Positions 45,327 through 54,327 of a DNA stretch of 64,000 bases are shown piece by piece. The stretch is from Epithemia pelagica. Lineage: Eukaryota; Protista; Bacillariophyta. Each line of letters starts with the position of its first letter. Position 1 is the first letter of the stretch. The notes beneath the pieces are model-generated. The model worked only from the letters and a program-made list of their open reading frames with translations. It was not told the DNA's origin and did not search any database. The stretch lies in the NCBI GenBank assembly GCA_946965045.2, contig OX337235.1, forward strand, positions 1,240,001 to 1,304,000, given 5' to 3'. The position numbers and the translations under genes were made by a program.

Positions 45327-46730
45327 ATGGAGCCGGCCCTTTCCACGACTTTGCCGGATTCGTATCATTCGACCAACGGCAATAAGGCATCCTCTGTGAC
45401 TGCCGACACGCCACAAGCTCCAAACCATGACGCCGTGTCGTCTCAACCACCATCCATTATCCAGCCATCGAAAAGTTATGATTCCAACGATTCGTCGGGG
45501 TCGTCCTCCTATATGCAATATCGTGCACGCTTGGCCCAACGATCCACCTCGTCCAAACTGTTGAGCAGCATGGAACCAACCACCACAACCACAACCAACA
45601 ACAACAATACTACCCAGAGCCACCACAAGACAGACACCGACCACACAGCTTTGGCTTCTTCTTCTTCCGACCCTCCATCCTCCCAGCAACCAGTTTCTCT
45701 CCCAACGGCACCACCGGCCGCGGCTGCCACAACGACGACGACCACAACAACAACCACAACGTCTGCACCAGCGTCCGCGGTCCCTCCGTATCTATCCTAT
45801 CGTGCCAGTCTGGCCACACGATATGGGTCACCCAGCAAACCATTTCGCAATAGTACTACCACAACCACCCACACGGTGGTCCCAACCACAAAGTCGCAAC
45901 CACCTCCCCCGCCTGCGTCGTCAACCACCATGGAGGAGCCGCCACCCGTGTTGTTGCCACACAACCCGTCGTCAGAAGGCGGGGACGAGGATCCGACACT
46001 GCTACCCGCCGTATCACCCGCCAACACACAGGAGGAGCCATCACCAGAACCACAACCAAACCAACAAGCCTCTGTTTCTCCCACGACTACGAATGCTACG
46101 GCCACACCTCGACTGGAAGAATCCTGGACCGATGAACATGCTCACCACGAAACTGGCATCCTCCACCACCACCACACTCCTCCGGAGGATCCCGAAGAAG
46201 AAAGCAGCAACCATGTACCAGACGAGGATGACACGATGGATGTGGAGCGTGGAGACACTAGGAAGGATTCTTCCTCCACTCCACCACAGTCGGCCATTGC
46301 CGTGGCCACGGCACATCGACGAGGACTCGAGCCGAATGCTCACGATAAGGACCCCCACATCACCACCACCAACAACAACCACAGCAAGACGGCTCCAGCA
46401 CTGGCACAACAATCCCCCTTGGCCAAAAAGTCCCAAACGGCCATGGATATGGAACAGGGGATGAGCCTTCCCCACAAAAGCCATACTACGAAACCACACT
46501 CCCCACCACCTCGACCAGCCGTGTCGTCCACGTCGTTTCCACAACACAAAGCCTCCACCAAGGACCATTCGAACGACAACGACAACGACGACGACGACAA
46601 GGACACGCTGTTCTCTGGGAGTCGCCGTCGTCGTCGGGAATGGATCCAACGAGGATTGGGCATTGGTTTGTTAATCGCCCTTCCCTTGGCGATTGGATTG
46701 GGTGTGACACTGCAAAATCACCATGAGTAA
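45327..46730 (+). CDS. Disordered S/T/P/H-rich protein with a single C-terminal TM helix and two YxxYRxxLAxR motifs
   Basis: 467-aa ORF ending RRRRREWIQRGLGIGLLIALPLAIGLGVTLQNHHE*. Confidence 0.65.
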   Translation: MEPALSTTLPDSYHSTNGNKASSVTADTPQAPNHDAVSSQPPSIIQPSKSYDSNDSSGSSSYMQYRARLAQRSTSSKLLSSMEPTTTTTTNNNNTTQSHHKTDTDHTALASSSSDPPSSQQPVSLPTAPPAAAATTTTTTTTTTTSAPASAVPPYLSYRASLATRYGSPSKPFRNSTTTTTHTVVPTTKSQPPPPPASSTTMEEPPPVLLPHNPSSEGGDEDPTLLPAVSPANTQEEPSPEPQPNQQASVSPTTTNATATPRLEESWTDEHAHHETGILHHHHTPPEDPEEESSNHVPDEDDTMDVERGDTRKDSSSTPPQSAIAVATAHRRGLEPNAHDKDPHITTTNNNHSKTAPALAQQSPLAKKSQTAMDMEQGMSLPHKSHTTKPHSPPPRPAVSSTSFPQHKASTKDHSNDNDNDDDDKDTLFSGSRRRRREWIQRGLGIGLLIALPLAIGLGVTLQNHHE

Positions 46731-47295
46731 AAGGTCACTCCACAAACAAACTATCCTTGCACAACCACCAAGAGACAACAACATCTGAGACGCGACACGG
46801 ATACAATACGGACCTCTTCCATTCGATCCATGGTTCTTTTTTCGAGGAGGAGCAATAAAGGAACACAACTCCACGTGGCAGGATCGGCATTTCTCCCTCC
46901 CCCATTCCCTATGGAATGCGCAAAATTGCAACTTTTCGTTGGAGGATCGTCCTTTCTGCGAAGTGGGCCATACGCTTGCCGAGACAAGAGAGCGTTACAC
47001 AATTCGCTATGAGCTGTGGTGTGATATCTCCACCAACAGTTCCATGTCGCTAGCTAGAGACACGGCGATGGACGTTGTTTTCGGTGCCTTTTTCATGGCA
47101 AAGCTGTAGCAGTACATTCCCATTCCATGGACCGGGGAGAACGTGGATCTTTAGGAGTGCATATCACATTACGAATAGGCTACCTAGAGAGCTATGGAGT
47201 CTCCAAATAAGGTAGAGAAAAATGAAGTCGCGTTTCGGTAGCTCATAGTGACCATCGGCCTCATTTTTGTGGTCGCGCGGAAGAGGCCCACTATT
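46698..47295 (+). repeat. Local segmental duplication, copy 1 (uninterrupted)
   Basis: Colinear blocks shared with 49461-49976 plus 57789-~57920: ttgggtgtgac..caaaatcac.atgagta, ttccattcgatccatggt, ctccacgtg, gctgtggtgtga, tttcggtgccttt, ggatctttaggag, tacgaata, gtcg.gtttc, ctcatttttg.ggtcgcgc. Confidence 0.8.
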
Positions 47296-47387
47296 TTGTA
47301 TCTTCATCATGATGAGACGTTGTGAATTGTGAACAAACCAAAAGTTCCGTCTTTGCGCATGTTTTAAACAGGCCAAACGATCCAACC

Positions 47388-49493
47388 ATGTCAACTCGTA
47401 GTAGCAGGGAAGTTGGGGGAGGAGACTCCTCTACCGGCAAGGGCAATCGTACCTTGATCTTTTTCGTTTGTTCGTTCTTGGCCGTGGTGGGTTTGGTGGT
47501 AGGACTGGTCCTTGGTCTCAGGAATCGCGAGAACGAAAATCAGGCACGCAAAAGCAGTTCAGAAGGAATTCAAGAATATGTCGTGGCGAGGGGCCTGTCG
47601 CCCTCGTCCGCCTTTGCCTCATCCACTTCCCCGCAGTCCAAGGCGGTGGAATGGATGGCGCAGGAGGATCCACAAAACTTTGCCACACCCGATGCATCCA
47701 TGGACATGAATACCAATGATCAAACATATCAATTTACCTTGAGATATGTCATGACGGTCGTGTATTATTCCACAGGCGGTGACACCGATTGGTAGAATAG
47801 TTTCAACTTTCTCAGTGACCGGCCCACCTGCGAATGGAATGACATTCATGAGCCCAGCACATGGCAAAAGGTTCGATTTGGGTTGCTTTGCTCCAATGAT
47901 AATGTCGTTGACCTCTTTCTTGGTACGTTCCTTTGTGCAACTTGGTGCTCTAAGGTGCTGTTTCTCACTTTTGGAACGAAACCTTGAACCTATCGCTTCT
48001 CATCCATGAACTATATAATTTTGTTGTACTTATGCGATACTGCAGATAAGTTGAATGCAATTGGTGCCATACCAGAAGAACTGGGTCTCCTAACGACACT
48101 AGTCAGGGTCGACTTTAATTTTAATGAATTCCTGAGCGGTACGGTCCCCGAAGCTATTTGCGAGTTGACCAATCTAGAATATTTGTCCATGGGATATACC
48201 GCTGTGGGAGGATCTCTTCCTTCTTGTATCAATAGGTTGTCAAACCTCAAACAGCTCTTTGTAAGTTGAAATGGTCGTATCGGACAATGTCAGTCATTGC
48301 TGCTACTGACTTGCGTGCCTTGTTCCCTATGTTGTCCTTTTCCGGAATACAGTTCCCCAATACCAAATTATCGGGACCATTACCGAATATGAGAAATATG
48401 GTAAGCCTGGTTTATATCTTTCTAGATGACAATGATTTGAGCGGTGATATCTCGACAGCCTTTAATTCCATGACGGAGCTTCGCTACGTTTTTCTGGAAG
48501 ACAACAAATTTACGGGCACCATTGACGATTCCTTCATGACGCAAAATCCGAATCTGTACATGTTGACTCTTTCCAATAACCCACTGGAGGGGTCCGTCCC
48601 GCCTCATTTGTTCCAAATACCGGACCTGGTTATGATTGATTTCCATGGAATTGAGGGTATTGCTGGCTCGTTCCCCGAGATTCCACAGAAAAATTCTGCC
48701 TTGTTGTTCATTGCACTTCATGGGTGTAGTATGAGAGGGCCCTTACCAGCAACGATGAGCAATTTGCCCAATGTTGTCCATCTCGACCTCTCCAAACAAC
48801 TTCAGTGGTGAGATACCAACAGAAATTGGAGCAATGACAAATCTGCAGTATCTGTTCTTGGCCAACAATCAGGGCTTCGAGCCGGGCCCCATCCCCGACA
48901 CCTTCAAAGAGCTTACTCAACTCAAAGAACTTTCTTTGAAGGGAACTCAGCGCTTCCAGAATCTTCCAGAATTCGTCTCGACACTTGGACGCTTGATTTT
49001 GTTAGATTTGAGCAGTAATGATATGTATGGAAAGCTTCCGTCGAGTTACGGAGACCTGGTGAACCTCCAATTCATGCTGTTGAACGGAAATGATTTCAGT
49101 GGGGAGGTTCCAACGTCATACGCCAAACTCGCCAGTTTGCGGGCCATGTTTCTCGAAGACAACGTTTTAACAGGCGATCTAACTCATATGTGCGCTTTGG
49201 ACACCTTCAAGGAACCTCGCGACGATGTGGACGGAACAGAATAGTTGGTGGCGGATTGCGATGGTGGCTTTATCGTTTGTGACTGTTGTATCTGTTGCAA
49301 CCCAAACAGCGAGAATGATGTGAACCCCATATGTAACGACAACGATATGGCCCCTAACCTAGATCCCGAGTGGGAAAGTGCATATGATCGCGTGGTGTAC
49401 ATCTTTGGAAACGAAACACGCTTCATTGACAAGAAGTTTTTACATGAAGGACAGCCGGACTTGGGTGTGACGCAGCAAAATCACGATGAGTAG
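47388..49493 (+). pseudogene. Type II membrane LRR protein pseudogene; exons 47388-47922, 48046-48260, 48353-49493
   Basis: N-terminal TM, then LRR cap and LRRs, then ADC...VCDCCICC cap. In-frame TAG at 47793-47795 (W*NSFNFLSDRPTCEW), frameshift at about 48794 (LDLS/NNFSGEIP) and in-frame TAG at 49242-49244 (GTE*LVADC). Confidence 0.85.
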
Positions 49494-49976
49494 CTACTTC
49501 ACACATTCGTTGAAGATTCACCAAGAGACAAATCCTTCTTTCAAAACGTGGATCCCTTCCATTCGATCCATGGTCCTCTCTTCGAATAGAAACGAGCATG
49601 TAACACGCCTCCACGTGACATGTTATGCACATTATTTGCATCCTCACCTTGAGATCATGAGTGAAGGCGTTTTCCATGTGGAAGTCAGCACCACATGGTC
49701 CCCCTTTGGAAAACTTTGGAAAAGTGTTGATGTTCCTGCCTGGTTCATAATTGGGTGATCGGTGATAGGCTTAGAGAAATGTGACTTGGCCTACCACACG
49801 AGAAGCCACTGTGCGATCATCAGCCTAGGTAGTTCCCAAGCTGTGGTGTGACGTCCACAAACAGTGCCATTGCCGTAGAGACTGCGGTACACCTTCGCTT
49901 TCGGTGCCTTTCATAAAGCGTCGCATTCCTATTCAATGGCCTGGATCTTTAGGAGATACTCCTACAGATCTTACGA
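49461..49976 (+). repeat. Local segmental duplication, copy 2, left part (continues at 57789 after the insertion)
   Basis: Matches 46698-47174 in colinear blocks. Confidence 0.8.
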
Positions 49977-50008
49977 TCTGTACATAGTACCGATAATATA
50001 ATGTTATT

Positions 50009-50203
50009 GATATCCGGACAACACGGGGTTATCCTGGGATAAGGGACCCACCCCCGCAGTCAATCACGTAGGATATGCGCCGATTTATCCCAGTCCAGTA
50101 AGCCCGGATCGGCTCAAAATTACCGACTAGAGCCATTTTTAACGGTTTTTCGTTTGATTTTCGCGCCTGCTCAACCACATTCCCAACAAATTACAACGGA
50201 TAA
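50009..50203. promoter_or_regulatory. Left subterminal cluster of GGATAA/TTATCC motifs (putative recombinase binding sites)
   Basis: ttatcc 50029, ggataa 50037, ttatcc 50085, ggataa 50198; near-matches at about 50010 and 50071. Function is inferred. Confidence 0.55.
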
Positions 50204-50349
50204 AACATTGGGTAAAAACCGTTATCATTAACCAGTGACGTACTTCTCAACCTATACTACATTTTGTCGTAGGTGATCCCACCATTCCCTGTAGGGCTTC
50301 TACATCACTTAAAGGCAGTATTTCTGGGTCTTTAATTTTTGACATCGTT

Positions 50350-50724
50350 CTATTTCGTTATGGGATATTTCTCCTTTACTATCTTGCGTTTTGTTCTCGG
50401 ACTCGATGGGAAAATGAGTTTGCGTTTTGTTTTTCCCAGATATGCTCTCCTTCCTTGCAGTGTCACGACTTCCTTCCCTTCCCTAATGGTTTCGTCAATG
50501 CATTCCTCCCTTGTTGTCGTGATGGGCAAATGGTCACCTGATGTCTGTCTTCTTTTTATTTTTTTCGTCCTTGTCGTTGTTTTGCTGTGTTCTGACAAAC
50601 CCATTGCTACTTGGACCGACATGGCAGTGACAAAGATCCTGTCACAGTCTGCACAGTTTCTGTTCCTGCATACGCCACACCATAGATAGCCCTCCTCTTG
50701 CCTACCACCCGTAGACTTCTCCAT
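50350..50724 (-). CDS. Small basic cargo protein with CxxC-x4-CxxC motif
   Basis: MEKSTGG...WCGVCRNRNCADC followed by a K/R-rich tail; short, so coding status is uncertain. Confidence 0.4.
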   Translation of the reverse strand: MEKSTGGRQEEGYLWCGVCRNRNCADCDRIFVTAMSVQVAMGLSEHSKTTTRTKKIKRRQTSGDHLPITTTREECIDETIREGKEVVTLQGRRAYLGKTKRKLIFPSSPRTKRKIVKEKYPITK

Positions 50725-51074
50725 TGTAGTCAGAGATGGTTTGTTTCGCTCCTTCACTCTCGTTGTTGCTTGCTTTTTCGTCTATTTCACGTCAAAAGTT
50801 TGCTTCCGAACCAGTATCTAGTCGTTAATTTAAATAACAACAACTTACATTTGCACGTGCCAACGTAGTATCAAGGTAAGATCCGGCTTGTTAAATTTTA
50901 TGAATAATTAATCGCGCCGCTAAATAGGTGGATGCTTGCGTTCTGTAATATGGTTTCTGACCGTTATACATCGGCATGCGCTAGACATTGTTATTTATGC
51001 GCGCCCCTATACAGGTTGATGCCTGCGCTGGTAGTAACTTGGCAGACAGAAATGAAAGAAAACAGTAAATCACC

Positions 51075-51524
51075 ATGGAAGACCACGACGACGAAAACAC
51101 TGTTACGACCTTCGACAAAATTCTCAACATGAATATGGATGACGATGCAAGTTCCGACCCGAGTTCCGACCCTAAGCCGAAGGATACATCGAAGAAAGAG
51201 GTTTCTATGGACGAATCGAAGGACAACTTGGATGATTTTTGGCCCGACGAAGAATCCTCCGTCGAACTCTCCTTTCTGAAAGACGAACCCGATCCTGCAC
51301 CTACGAAGGAAGATATGAAGAACGATCCGGAGTTGGTGAACCCAGACGACGTTGATTTTGGTCATCCGAATGACAAAATCACGGCCGTGATGTTACTTAC
51401 GAATGGTGGTACCATCCTCCATTATGGCTCGTCTCGTCGTGTCTACCAACCTCCGTACGACAATTCTCTGGAAAAAAAATACTCTCAGATGAAAATGGAA
51501 GATTTCTTTAATGTCAAAAAGTAA
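51075..51524 (+). CDS. Acidic cargo protein of unknown function (may be spliced)
   Basis: 149-aa D/E-rich ORF. Possible upstream intron 50877-51012 (gtaaga...tacag) and possible donor at the 3' end. Confidence 0.45.
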   Translation: MEDHDDENTVTTFDKILNMNMDDDASSDPSSDPKPKDTSKKEVSMDESKDNLDDFWPDEESSVELSFLKDEPDPAPTKEDMKNDPELVNPDDVDFGHPNDKITAVMLLTNGGTILHYGSSRRVYQPPYDNSLEKKYSQMKMEDFFNVKK

Positions 51525-51560
51525 ATTACTATTAGTTTATGTTTTTCTACTATTCTTCTT

Positions 51561-52322
51561 TTAGTACTTACTAGACCGGTTACGCACATTACGGTTATTT
51601 TCTGATTCTCCGCGACGGATACTGCGAAATCGATCTCTCTGAACTGTTCCTTCCAATCGTGATGACCATGATCCTAACGGAAGAACAAGGTAAAAATCTC
51701 TCGGGTGAACTGTGTTTGCATCTTGTCCTGGAATTAAATTCAACATGTCGTTGGACAAAGCGATCCCGGGCTTAAGCGACATTGGCGAATTTTCATTATG
51801 GGATGCCCGACGTACTTCAATTAGTCTCCGATCACTGTTAAATACATACCATTCTGGGAGAGTCGTTTTAATTCTCAATACGGGATTGCCACTTAGATAT
51901 AGGATCCTTGAGCATATGACTTGATAAATGATATTTTCCGACTCTCCGGCATCTTGTGGGAAAAAATCCATCGATTTAACATGGGTTCCATCCGGTATTA
52001 GTCGATGGAACCGGCACTCCGTTGTATACGTCTTCGTAGTACTTTCGGTCTTTTGGAAACTCCTGGGCGTGACATCTTCTCCCATTACATTGAGGATATC
52101 GTGTACTATCTTCTCGATTTCACCAACTCTTTCAACTTGGTCGCCATGGAAAGAGAAGTATTGGAGAATACGGTCGTTCCACGAGTACCGGATGTCCTGA
52201 ACTGGATCAGGATCCACGTTATAATGGCGACCTTCCAGGAAGGGCCATACTCCTCTCTGTGTATTCATATTCTTCTTCGAATTTTCTTCTCTTGAGATTG
52301 TGACATTCTCTATACTCTCCAT
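51561..52322 (-). CDS. Cargo protein, unknown family, paralogue 2
   Basis: 253-aa ORF sharing YFSFHG, RLIPDGTH and ILYLSGNPVLRI blocks with 52498-53364. Confidence 0.6.
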   Translation of the reverse strand: MESIENVTISREENSKKNMNTQRGVWPFLEGRHYNVDPDPVQDIRYSWNDRILQYFSFHGDQVERVGEIEKIVHDILNVMGEDVTPRSFQKTESTTKTYTTECRFHRLIPDGTHVKSMDFFPQDAGESENIIYQVICSRILYLSGNPVLRIKTTLPEWYVFNSDRRLIEVRRASHNENSPMSLKPGIALSNDMLNLIPGQDANTVHPRDFYLVLPLGSWSSRLEGTVQRDRFRSIRRGESENNRNVRNRSSKY

Positions 52323-52497
52323 TAGAACACAAGATGGTCGTGTATGTTACTGTGAAATTTCAGTCGTATTCATTCCTGCCTATATTTGTTCTGAAGATAG
52401 ACAATTATGTGTACTAAAATTTGGTGTTACTAATCAATTATGGCTAATTTATAGGACTCATTTTGTCCAATCACTGGTCTTCGGTCGTGTATGTGGC

Positions 52498-53364
52498 TCA
52501 AGGGTGAGGGTAAAAAGTTGTGACACCGGATTGCCCAATGGGACTCATGGCAATCGTACAAGCAACAACCACCTGGTTTGAATCAGATGGGTCTTCAATC
52601 TCGCGGGTTCCAAAATGTAGATATCCAGATACAGTCGCTGGCTCCATCAAGTGAATCTTACGCTCCGACATTGTGATTCGCACAGTAGGACATCCGGCAG
52701 CGTAGAGAATAAAGGTCTGGACAATTTGACAAGTGAAAACACGGCGAACGCGGATTTCTGGGTGCTTGATGTAGTATACATCTAAGCGTACCAGGTGAAG
52801 ACCATCTGGAATCCCGCGGCGATACGTCATCGAGTCTTCGTACTGTACTAGAGAGCGGGATCGGAACGACAGTACATCACCTTGTTTGTCAAGACGCGTT
52901 AAGAAACACTTGATGAAATCTTCTCCCTCACGCGTCGAATCTGGGACACGTTCAGTACCGTGAAAAGTAAAGTACCGTTTATACTTGCCTGGATCAAGAT
53001 TGCTTCCACTGTGGAGCACGGGCAACCCAAGTGGTAACGGATAGATTTGTCGACTGGTGAACGAATAGTTGTACGACACAACTGGGACAGTCACATTTGC
53101 AGAATGGACAGTTTCTACATTCTGCAAACTCACCGAACCAGTACCCAATCCAGAGTCGTTTGTCTCCGTCGGTGTCTCCGTAGGTGTCGTAGTCGTCTCA
53201 GCCGTGTCATTGGGCGGAGGCTTACGGTCTTCTTCGTCTTCTTCCTGCTTTGTGGGACGTTCCTCTTCTTTGACCTTCCCTTCTTTCGTCGGTGCCTTTT
53301 CATCATTGTCGCTATCGATTACGATAACATCGCCTGTCTTTTGTTTCTTGGGTGAAGACTCCAT
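52498..53364 (-). CDS. Cargo protein, unknown family, paralogue 1 (acidic disordered N-terminus)
   Basis: 288-aa ATG ORF with YFTFHG, RGIPDGLH and ILYAAGCPTVRI blocks. Confidence 0.65.
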   Translation of the reverse strand: MESSPKKQKTGDVIVIDSDNDEKAPTKEGKVKEEERPTKQEEDEEDRKPPPNDTAETTTTPTETPTETNDSGLGTGSVSLQNVETVHSANVTVPVVSYNYSFTSRQIYPLPLGLPVLHSGSNLDPGKYKRYFTFHGTERVPDSTREGEDFIKCFLTRLDKQGDVLSFRSRSLVQYEDSMTYRRGIPDGLHLVRLDVYYIKHPEIRVRRVFTCQIVQTFILYAAGCPTVRITMSERKIHLMEPATVSGYLHFGTREIEDPSDSNQVVVACTIAMSPIGQSGVTTFYPHP

Positions 53365-53532
53365 CCTTATTCAATTTGTGATTCCAATCAGCAAATTGTT
53401 TGATTGTTGTGTTTCTTTGTTTTTCTTGTTGTCTCCGTTGGGATAGTGTTTGATTCCTTGCAAGTGATTCAGAGTCGTGTGTTTGGTCCCTTTCTATCGT
53501 TGAGTTTGGAATTTCTGGGAAATTGTTGTGTT

Positions 53533-54222
53533 ATGGACGATTCCTCTCGACGTAGTTTCGTTGATTCGCCGCGACTTCCTCGTTGGCAGTTGGGGGATCT
53601 TGTGGCTGTCAAGTCACAGTGGTCCGTCAGAAAGGACCATTGTGGTTGGGTGACTAAACTCCCAAGTCCCGAGAAAAGAAAGCCACGTGTTACTGTCCAA
53701 TTCGCGGATGGACATAAAAATTCCTATGCCCCACAAAATTTGCGGGTTCCCCATAATGTCGATCAAGCATGGGCTATAATCGAGTCAAACCCACATTACG
53801 TAGTGTTCTGTAACGAGAACCGTACCGTGCAGAAGAAAAAGTCCGAGAATATCGTTGACGAAGGAATATCGGCTGAAGTTCCCCCAGATTTTACTACTTC
53901 TGGAGTTAGTGTTAATACACCTCCGAGTGATTATCGGCAAGATCCTGCAAACAACCGCATGGAGTCAATGTTACAAACGCTGGTGCAACAAATGGAACAC
54001 TTAAGTGTACGGATGGCCAGTATGGAACATCGCTTCAATGAGCGTTCGGGCCAACTTAACGAAGACGAGAGATCCGACCCACTTGACGATTACAGTGAAT
54101 ATACCAGGGAAGTTATCCTTCGAGGAGGCGATCAGTCGGTGGTCCGACCAGAAGATATAGCACAGTTTGAAAACGAGGAAGATGAAGAGGAAAGGAAAGA
54201 CGACTCTCAATTGACAGAGTAA
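53533..54222 (+). CDS. Cargo protein with N-terminal SH3/Tudor/KOW-like beta-barrel and a short coiled coil
   Basis: WQLGDLVAVK...GWVTK...RVTVQFADGHKNSYAPQNL pattern; MESMLQTLVQQMEHLSVRMASMEHRF heptads; acidic tail. Likely ATG is 53533. Confidence 0.6.
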   Translation: MDDSSRRSFVDSPRLPRWQLGDLVAVKSQWSVRKDHCGWVTKLPSPEKRKPRVTVQFADGHKNSYAPQNLRVPHNVDQAWAIIESNPHYVVFCNENRTVQKKKSENIVDEGISAEVPPDFTTSGVSVNTPPSDYRQDPANNRMESMLQTLVQQMEHLSVRMASMEHRFNERSGQLNEDERSDPLDDYSEYTREVILRGGDQSVVRPEDIAQFENEEDEEERKDDSQLTE

Positions 54223-54327
54223 GAATGTGACAGAGTAAAAACATAGGAATAATATGCTAAACAGGATGGATATTATGTAAAAAGAAGTCCCACCACCACC
54301 CGCCTTCAATGAGGCGACATCCTTGTA

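Noticed and set aside
45327-49493. 467-aa ORF and the LRR locus as one spliced receptor gene
   Set aside because: The LRR locus has its own ATG and TM helix, and the intervening DNA is a duplicated intergenic segment.
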